Assembly: GCA_029856525.1 (NCBI GenBank)
Contig: JAHQXC010000067.1
Coordinates: 1 to 7,136 of the forward strand
Origin: Candidatus Odinarchaeia archaeon
GTDB taxonomy: Archaea > Asgardarchaeota > Odinarchaeia > Odinarchaeales > Odinarchaeaceae
Direction: 5' to 3'
DNA length: 7,136 nucleotides
In this document: piece by piece, positions 1-6,030 of the stretch
Position numbering within the stretch: position 1 is the first letter of the stretch
Layout of the letters: each line of letters opens with the position of its first letter
Position numbers and translations under genes: made by a program
The notes under the pieces: model-generated
The model's database searches: none
What the model was told of the DNA's origin: nothing
What the model saw: the letters and a program-made list of their open reading frames with translations, nothing else

Positions 1-146
1 CAGAGCCATCTATGCTAGAGAAAAAATTTATGAGCTTGAAAACAGATATAATCGTTCCTTCAATTTCTCAGCTGATTTTAATAATCGAAGATATTAAAAT
101 TAAAGACGGCTGCGAGGTTTTAAAAAAATGCGAACCGCTGATTTGA
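1..146 (+). CDS. 3' end of upstream gene (partial), possibly a HAD-superfamily phosphatase
   Basis: Frame starting at base 3 is open to TGA at 144-146: EPSMLEKKFMSLKTDIIVPSISQLILIIEDIKIKDGCEVLKKCEPLI*. It overlaps the hisB start by 19 nt. 'TDIIVPSISQL' resembles the C-terminal 'ADxII.S..EL' segment of HAD hydrolases. Only 47 aa are visible, so the product call is weak. Confidence 0.4.
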   Translation, partial: EPSMLEKKFMSLKTDIIVPSISQLILIIEDIKIKDGCEVLKKCEPLI

Positions 147-700
147 AAAGAGTGACTAAAGAGACAAGTATTCAAGTTAAACTAAACCTCGACGGTAAAG
201 GTGTTTCAGAGATTAAAACACCTATCAGATTTCTCAATCATATGTTAGCCACGATATCTAAACATTCTCATATCGATTTAATCATCTCCGCTGAAGGCGA
301 TTCCCCTCATCACATAGCTGAAGATGTAGCTATCACCCTCGCTGAAGCTTTAAACAGTGCTTTAGGTGATAAAAAAGGAATTGAAAGATTCGGTGAAGCT
401 ACTATACCGATGGATGATGCTTTAGCCCAGGTCGCCTTAGACGTAGGCGGTAGGCCATATTATATTTTAAACCTTGAGTTTAAAAGAACTTCGATAGATG
501 ATATGGCTACAGAGGATATAATCCACTTTTTGAAAACATTCTCCGCTAACTTGAAAATCAATTTACACGCTAAAATCCTCTACGGTGAGAACGATCACCA
601 TAAGGTTGAAGCGCTGTTTAAAGCTCTCGCTGTTGCACTTAAAAGAGCGGTTAAATTAACAAATCTTGACGCTGTTCCAAGTACTAAAGGAGTGATTTAA
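128..700 (+). CDS. hisB: Imidazoleglycerol-phosphate dehydratase (monofunctional)
   Basis: Metal-binding motifs FLNHML, HHIAED and ENDHHKVEA; RTADLKRVTKET N-terminus; VPSTKG C-terminus; RBS GAGGT at 114-118. Confidence 0.97.
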   Translation: MRTADLKRVTKETSIQVKLNLDGKGVSEIKTPIRFLNHMLATISKHSHIDLIISAEGDSPHHIAEDVAITLAEALNSALGDKKGIERFGEATIPMDDALAQVALDVGGRPYYILNLEFKRTSIDDMATEDIIHFLKTFSANLKINLHAKILYGENDHHKVEALFKALAVALKRAVKLTNLDAVPSTKGVI

Positions 701-701
701 A

Positions 702-1313
702 CTGGTTGAAATCGCAGTAATCGACTATGGTTTAGGTAACCTGAGAAGCATATTCAACGCACTTAAAAAATCCGGCGCTGAGCCTATTATAACAAATGAG
801 AGTAGCCTGATAAAGAAAGCCGCCGCTATAATTTTACCAGGAGTTGGGGCTTTCAAAGACGCGATGATTAATATAAAAAATATTGAGAATCTATTAGTAG
901 AGGAAGTGTTAAACAGTAAGCCTGTCTTAGGGATCTGCCTTGGCCTCCAGTTAATGTTAACTGAAAGCATGGAGGGCGGGTTGAACAAGGGCTTGAATAT
1001 TTTTAAAGGTAAAGTTATCCGTCTACCTGAAACAGTGAAAACACCTCACATAGGCTGGAATACAATAAGACTTATAGATTCAGAGAACCCTATCGTAGAA
1101 GGCATAGAAGATAACAGTTACTTTTATTTCGTACACTCATATTACGCTACAGGATTGGATGCAAAGATTTTAATAGCTGAAACAGAGTATGGTATAAGAT
1201 TCCCATCTATTATAGGTATGAAAAACATTTTTGCAACTCAATTCCACCCTGAAAAATCAGGTGAAAACGGTTTAAAACTGATTAGCAACTTTATTAAATA
1301 TGTTAAAGGCTGA
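702..1313 (+). CDS. hisH: Imidazole glycerol phosphate synthase, glutamine amidotransferase subunit (203 aa, apparent CTG start)
   Basis: The frame of the 864 ORF extends upstream through (L)VEIAVIDYGLGNLRSIFNAL...ILPGVGAFKDAM, the conserved HisH N-terminus. The catalytic GICLG and FHPEKSG motifs are present. An in-frame TGA lies at 693-695, RBS AGGAGTGA at 688-695, and CTG at 702. Confidence 0.96.
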   Translation: MVEIAVIDYGLGNLRSIFNALKKSGAEPIITNESSLIKKAAAIILPGVGAFKDAMINIKNIENLLVEEVLNSKPVLGICLGLQLMLTESMEGGLNKGLNIFKGKVIRLPETVKTPHIGWNTIRLIDSENPIVEGIEDNSYFYFVHSYYATGLDAKILIAETEYGIRFPSIIGMKNIFATQFHPEKSGENGLKLISNFIKYVKG

Positions 1314-1319
1314 TCTGCT

Positions 1320-2039
1320 TTGAAGATTATCCCCGCTGTTGATATTCAAAAAGGTAGAGTTGTTAGATTATATCAGGGTAAAGCTGAAACAGCTAAAGAA
1401 TACTATTCTGACCCTGTAAAAACCGCTAAACTATTCGAAGAAGAGGGTGCTGAAATAATACATGTAGTGGACTTGGATGCAGCTATGGGAAAAGGTGATA
1501 ACATTGATATTATAATTAAAATAGCTGAAGAAGTCAATTCCGAGATTCAAGTCGGCGGTGGGATAAGAACACTGGAAAAAGCTGTGAAATTTTTAAACAG
1601 GGGTATTAAGCGTGTAGTCTTAGGAACAGCTTTCTTCGATGATAAAAGTCTACCTGAGTACTTAATTAAAGAATATGGTAAAGACAGAGTTGTCGCAGCT
1701 GTAGACCACTATAAATATGAAGTTAGAATAAAAGGCTGGCTTCAATCCACTAAGATAAATCTTTTAAATTATATTAAAATAATAGAGGAGATTGGACCCG
1801 GATTCATACTCTTATCTTCGATTGAAGCAGATGGAACGATGAGAGGTCCTGATATAGATACGATAGAAAAAGTTATAGAATATGTGAAAACACCTTTAAT
1901 AATAGCTGGAGGCGTAAGATCACTTAACGATCTAGTATCACTTAAAAAACTTCAACCATACGGTGTGATTGTCGGTCGAGCTTTCTATGAAAAATCTTTC
2001 ACACTTTCAGAGGCTGTTAAAATTATAGGAGGGGATTAA
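1320..2039 (+). CDS. hisA: ProFAR isomerase
   Basis: KIIPAVD..GRVVRLYQG, HVVDLD, QVGGGIR and IIAGGV (beta/alpha)8 motifs; TTG start; RBS-like AGGCTGA at 1307-1313. Confidence 0.96.
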   Translation: MKIIPAVDIQKGRVVRLYQGKAETAKEYYSDPVKTAKLFEEEGAEIIHVVDLDAAMGKGDNIDIIIKIAEEVNSEIQVGGGIRTLEKAVKFLNRGIKRVVLGTAFFDDKSLPEYLIKEYGKDRVVAAVDHYKYEVRIKGWLQSTKINLLNYIKIIEEIGPGFILLSSIEADGTMRGPDIDTIEKVIEYVKTPLIIAGGVRSLNDLVSLKKLQPYGVIVGRAFYEKSFTLSEAVKIIGGD

Positions 2040-2042
2040 AAA

Positions 2043-3194
2043 TTGATAGAGAGAGATGAAATATTAAAAATAGTAGGCGAGTATGATAAAAATAATCTGA
2101 AAATAGGCTGCCTCGGTTCACATTCAGCCCTCGATATAGCAGACGGTGCTAAAGACGAAGGGTTTACAACATATGTCTGGTGTCAGAAAGGCAGGGATGC
2201 GCCTTACACGCGTTTTTTTAAATCAGTCTACTATAATAATAGGTTAGTCAAAGGATGCGTTGACCACCCTATACTATTAGATTCATTTAAAGATGTTCTT
2301 AAATATGATAAAATGATTCGCGAGAACAGTATTCTATGGATTCCGAACAGATCCTTTGTAACTTATTGTGGAATAGAAAACGTGGAAAATAATTTTAAAG
2401 TACCATATGTAGGAAGTAGAAACCTTTTAAGATTAGAGGAGAGAGAGGAAAGGCAAAATTATTATTGGCTGTGTGAAAAAGCAGGTCTGCCTATACCTAG
2501 AAAAATGGAACCCGATCAAATAGACCGGCTTACAATAGTTAAACTACACCACGCTAAAATGAAGCTTGAAAGAGGATTCTTCACGTGCGCGAGTTCGAAG
2601 GAATTCGAAGAAAAGTCTAAAGCGCTTATAAAACAAGGCGTGATAACCGAATCAGATCTTGAAAAAGCACGGATAGAAGAATATATAATAGGCCCGGTCT
2701 TCAACTTCAACTTCTTCTATTCACCTGTATCAGAGAAAATAGGCGAGGAGCCTTTGGAACTACTCGGCATAGATTGGAGGTTCGAATCCTCCTTAGACGG
2801 TTTTGTAAGGATACCAGCCGAACAGCAGCTCACACTCCCTGAATCTCAAAAATATCCGATAATGACAGTGGTAGGTCATAACAGCTGTTCACTGCGGGAA
2901 AGTATTTTAAATAATATATTTCCAATAGCTGAAAAATTTGTTAAAATAACAAAGGAATACTATAAACCTGGTATGATAGGATCCTTCTGCCTGCAAACAG
3001 TGATTACAAGCGAGATGAAACCTGTGATATATGATATCGCTACGAGAACAGGCGGTGGCACAAACGCTCATATGTGGCTGGGCGCACCTTACGGTAACAT
3101 AGTATGGCGTTCTAGAATGTCATCCGGTCGGCGTGTAGCATTAGAGATTAAAAGAGCTGTAGAGCATGATCTTCTCGAGTACATTGTCACCTGA
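2043..3194 (+). CDS. purP: PurP-family ATP-grasp protein (FAICAR synthetase-like, formate/ATP-dependent); probably the PurP-like paralog
   Basis: LGSHSALDIADGAKDEGF, ERGFF, RIEEYIIG, RFESSLDG, GSFCLQ, GGGTN and GRRVALEIK match the archaeal PurP family. TTG start with RBS AGGAGGGG at 2027-2034. Family assignment is strong; the exact activity is uncertain. Confidence 0.88.
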   Translation: MIERDEILKIVGEYDKNNLKIGCLGSHSALDIADGAKDEGFTTYVWCQKGRDAPYTRFFKSVYYNNRLVKGCVDHPILLDSFKDVLKYDKMIRENSILWIPNRSFVTYCGIENVENNFKVPYVGSRNLLRLEEREERQNYYWLCEKAGLPIPRKMEPDQIDRLTIVKLHHAKMKLERGFFTCASSKEFEEKSKALIKQGVITESDLEKARIEEYIIGPVFNFNFFYSPVSEKIGEEPLELLGIDWRFESSLDGFVRIPAEQQLTLPESQKYPIMTVVGHNSCSLRESILNNIFPIAEKFVKITKEYYKPGMIGSFCLQTVITSEMKPVIYDIATRTGGGTNAHMWLGAPYGNIVWRSRMSSGRRVALEIKRAVEHDLLEYIVT

Positions 3195-3206
3195 AAGGTG
3201 GACTGA

Positions 3207-4019
3207 TTGCTAGCTAAACGTATAATCCCCTGCCTTGATATGAAAGACGGGAAAGTTGTAAAAGGAGTCCAGTTTACTAACTTAAAGGAGGCGGGGGATC
3301 CTCCTAGCCTAGCGGAAATATACGATAACCAGGGGGCTGATGAAATAGTTTTTCTAGATGTCACAGCGTCACATGAGAAAAGGGATATTCTAATAGACGT
3401 GGTTAGAAGAACAGCGGATAGAATATTCATTCCATTCACGGTCGGGGGTGGTTTAAACTCTGTTAAATCAATCGGTGAAATTCTCAGAGCCGGCGCTGAC
3501 AAGGTTTCAATCAACACAGCTGCGATTAAAAATCCAGATCTGGTGAGAGAAGCGGCTGAAAAATTCGGAAGTCAGTGTATAGTTGTAGCTATCGATGCTA
3601 AAAGAGTCTACGTAGAGAGTATCGATGATCACAGCGACCATATATACGTCCAGACTCCTAACGGGATATGCTGGTGGGAGGCTTATATATACGGTGGTAG
3701 ACAGCCAACCGGAGTCGACGCATTGAAATGGGCTAAAAGAGTTGAAGAGCTGGGGGCTGGAGAAATATTGTTAACAAGCATGGATTGCGACGGCGTCCAG
3801 CAAGGCTATGACATAGAGCTTACAAGAGCCGCTTCCAGGCTTTTAAAAATTCCTGTAATAGCTTCAGGCGGAGCTGGTAAACCAGAGCATATATTAGAAG
3901 TCTTCACTAAAGGTAAAGCGGACGCAGCTTTAGCAGCCTCTATATTCCATTATAACCAGTATACTGTAAAAGATATAAAAAATTTTCTCGCAGCTAACGG
4001 CGTAGTAGTCCGACTTTGA
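3207..4019 (+). CDS. hisF: Imidazole glycerol phosphate synthase cyclase subunit
   Basis: [50 protein letters not shown] and ALAASIFH motifs; TTG start; RBS AGGTGG at 3196-3201. Confidence 0.98.
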   Translation: MLAKRIIPCLDMKDGKVVKGVQFTNLKEAGDPPSLAEIYDNQGADEIVFLDVTASHEKRDILIDVVRRTADRIFIPFTVGGGLNSVKSIGEILRAGADKVSINTAAIKNPDLVREAAEKFGSQCIVVAIDAKRVYVESIDDHSDHIYVQTPNGICWWEAYIYGGRQPTGVDALKWAKRVEELGAGEILLTSMDCDGVQQGYDIELTRAASRLLKIPVIASGGAGKPEHILEVFTKGKADAALAASIFHYNQYTVKDIKNFLAANGVVVRL

Positions 4020-4027
4020 ATCTTTAT

Positions 4028-4435
4028 AAACTTCACCGCGGGAAGACTATCTGTTTTAAGCTTTGGAAAATTGCGTTTTCCGTCATTATTATTCACGTCG
4101 TCAATTACTTTTTAATTAAATCGGAGCACAGCTACATGGAAAAATCTAAATACCGGTCTCGCATCCCTCTAGCTATTGTAAACGAGGTATTAGCATCAAA
4201 GCAATGCTGGGGATGCAATTCAACGAAAACAGCTGTTAGAAAGAGTATATTCAAGTGTAGAGACTGTGCATTAGAATACAATCGAGATCTAACCGGCAGC
4301 GTGAATATAGGTAGCAGATCCTCGGCTATACGCTGAAGTGTAGAGCTGATTTGAACAGCCTCAAATCCCCTCAGTATACTTGTTAACTGCTCAATATGTG
4401 AGGGCGAACCCCGTCTTTAGAAACGGGTGGTTCCC
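4028..4435 (+). mobile_element. Decayed non-autonomous IS200/IS605-family remnant (tnpB 3' end plus right-end hairpin); boundaries approximate
   Basis: Contains a TnpB C-terminal fragment, followed by GAGCTGATTTGAACAGCC and the hairpin GAACCCCGTCTTTAGAAACGGGTGGTTC (4406-4433), which resembles IS605/IS1341-group right ends. It sits in an otherwise tightly packed operon. Confidence 0.75.
4136..4336 (+). pseudogene. tnpB: tnpB C-terminal fragment (zinc ribbon plus RuvC-III)
   Basis: IPLAIVNEVLASKQCWGC...FKCRDCALEYNRDLTGSVNIGSR aligns with the TnpB pattern GIPV..V.P..TS..C..C...F.C..CG...DRD.NAA.NI. RuvC-I, RuvC-II and the REC/WED regions are not recognisable. The first ~40 aa of the 4016 ORF are not TnpB-like. 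Confidence 0.8.
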
Positions 4436-4452
4436 AGAAAATGGTGTTGAAT

Positions 4453-4872
4453 ATGATTATCGATGAAGCTGTTGCTAATAAAATCGTGGAAGAGATAAAC
4501 TTTAATAAAATGAACGGGCTTATACCGGTTGTCGTTCAAGATATCGCGGATAACCAGGTATTAATGGTTGCATTCGCTGATAAGAATGCTGTTATTAAAT
4601 CGCTTACAACAGGTTTCACTCATTTTTATAGTAGAAGTAGAAGGAAGATATGGAGAAAAGGAGAGACAAGCGGGCATACTCAAAAAATAATAGAAGTCTA
4701 CTTGGATTGTGATAATGACACTATACTCTTCAAAGTCGATCAGAACATAGCCGCCTGTCATACAGGTTACCGTTCATGCTTTTATAAGAAACTATCTGAG
4801 AAAGGGGAATGGAGTGTTACCGGAGCTAAATTATTCGAACCAAGTCAAGTATACGAGAAAACGGAGGAATAA
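4453..4872 (+). CDS. hisI: Phosphoribosyl-AMP cyclohydrolase (stand-alone, no HisE fusion)
   Basis: GLIPVVVQD, FYSRSRRKIWRKGETSGH, DCDND and ACHTGYRSCF motifs. ATG 4453 is preferred because GGTG at 4443-4446 precedes it; ATG 4441, GTG 4444 and TTG 4447 are in-frame alternatives. Confidence 0.97.
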   Translation: MIIDEAVANKIVEEINFNKMNGLIPVVVQDIADNQVLMVAFADKNAVIKSLTTGFTHFYSRSRRKIWRKGETSGHTQKIIEVYLDCDNDTILFKVDQNIAACHTGYRSCFYKKLSEKGEWSVTGAKLFEPSQVYEKTEE

Positions 4873-4892
4873 TATTATTCTAACTCATCTTT

Positions 4893-4907
4893 AAAAAAAT
4901 TATTATA
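4893..4907 (+). promoter_or_regulatory. Putative archaeal BRE/TATA promoter
   Basis: A-run followed by TTATTATA (4900-4907) in the AT-rich gap between hisI and the next gene. Matched by eye only. Confidence 0.4.
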
Positions 4908-4980
4908 CTAATTAAAATCATATTATATATGGCGTCTTCCAATTTAACATTATTTTCTCGTAAAAACTAGGAGAACCGGT

Positions 4981-5931
4981 TTGCAAGAAAATATAACAGT
5001 GCAAGATAATAAGAGTAAAGAGGACTTACAGTATATAAGCAAGTTTTCAGAGTATTTAAAGAGAGGAGCGACCTCAAAAGTCCTCTATCTTGTAAAAGAA
5101 TTATTAACTCACATAACTCAAGTATGCGTCGAATGTGAAAGCGATAGAATAAGATGCATGCTCAGACCGATGTGCGGTAAAAGCAGACCATACTTATCTA
5201 TAAGATTAGAGTTAGGTTATAGAATCGAGGAGCTCCCTCAATTCTGTTTACAGCAGCATCTGAACTATTTCCGCAATTTTTTGAAGGGTAAAGTTAAAGG
5301 AAGCGTGTTTAAAGACGTTAAAATCACCATAAGCCAGCTGTTAATGTTACTAGACGATATAAAACCTTTATCTATTTATATACCGCCGATAGATCAGAGT
5401 GAAGAAATTTTCAAAATTATTTTAAACATCGTGAAAAAGATTATCCCAGAAGCGGAGATCTATCATGGGAATATACATAGTTATATCAGTGTTTTCGGAT
5501 CGCTTATTCACATAGACTTGAAAAGCGGAATGGTTAATCTTAACCCTTCAGATGAACCTTTAACTTCACCTGACGAGTTGAAAACACTTGTAGAAATTTA
5601 CTCGAAAATATATAATATTAAAGTTGAAATAATAGAGGAAATGTACGGGTTCTGGTACCTCGACTTTTTCGTTAAAAAACTTGAACCAGGGAAAGCTTTA
5701 GAGAAAGAGGAAATGGATACGCTAAGAGTTTTTAGAAAAAAACTAGAAGAGTACTCTAACTATGCAACCTTCTCCATAATTGAAGACGAACTTCACTGCA
5801 TAGTGGATATTCCTACACCCGGTAAAAACGATGTGAGTAGAATGCTGACACCCGGAGTAATACACGCCTTCTTCAAAATAATCGCAGATTATACAAGAAT
5901 TTCCAAAGAAGAATCAGGTGAAAATAACTGA
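4981..5931 (+). CDS. Hypothetical protein, 316 aa, with N-terminal Cys cluster (possible metal binding)
   Basis: Long ORF with TTG start and RBS AGGAG at 4969-4973; an in-frame stop lies at 4945-4947. Contains C-x2-C-x6-C-x5-C-x23-C. I recognise no family. Confidence 0.85.
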   Translation: MQENITVQDNKSKEDLQYISKFSEYLKRGATSKVLYLVKELLTHITQVCVECESDRIRCMLRPMCGKSRPYLSIRLELGYRIEELPQFCLQQHLNYFRNFLKGKVKGSVFKDVKITISQLLMLLDDIKPLSIYIPPIDQSEEIFKIILNIVKKIIPEAEIYHGNIHSYISVFGSLIHIDLKSGMVNLNPSDEPLTSPDELKTLVEIYSKIYNIKVEIIEEMYGFWYLDFFVKKLEPGKALEKEEMDTLRVFRKKLEEYSNYATFSIIEDELHCIVDIPTPGKNDVSRMLTPGVIHAFFKIIADYTRISKEESGENN

Positions 5932-5974
5932 TATTAATTCAACACCTGGTGAAAGGCAAATATATTAGTTAAAT

Positions 5975-5998
5975 AAAAAATATTTATAAATAATTTTT
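5975..5998 (+). promoter_or_regulatory. Putative BRE/TATA promoter for the 6031 gene, within a palindrome
   Basis: AAAAAA followed by TTTATAAA (5983-5990), about 40 nt before ATG 6031; RBS GGTG at 6020-6023. Confidence 0.5.
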
Positions 5999-6030
5999 AA
6001 GCCGCAGACCTCTTTAAACGGTGTTCAAAT

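Noticed and set aside
725-988. 87-aa minus-strand ORF
   Set aside because: Antisense shadow of hisH with no recognisable motif.
864-1313. ORF-track start of hisH at ATG 864
   Set aside because: It removes the conserved N-terminal 54 aa; the coding region extends to ~702.
2516-2710. 64-aa minus-strand ORF
   Set aside because: Lies entirely antisense to purP.
3089-3517. 142-aa minus-strand ORF
   Set aside because: Antisense to the purP/hisF junction; typical shadow frame.
3604-3675. ~17-aa extra loop in HisF ([23 protein letters not shown])
   Set aside because: From memory, a similar insertion after DAKR occurs in other archaeal HisF proteins such as those of methanogens. It is too short for an intein and is not novel.
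4020-4110. Minus-strand peptide KVIDDVNNNDGKRNFPKLKTDSLP, vaguely like TnpB 'FPRFK' segments
   Set aside because: No start codon, wrong orientation for the fragment, and the similarity is too short to support.
4561-4761. 66-aa minus-strand ORF
   Set aside because: Antisense to hisI.
5915-5972. CAGGTG/CACCTG inverted repeat around the stop of the 4981 gene, and a possible 14-aa CTG-start mini-ORF at 5928
   Set aside because: A 6-bp stem with no U-tract and a very short ORF are both expected by chance.
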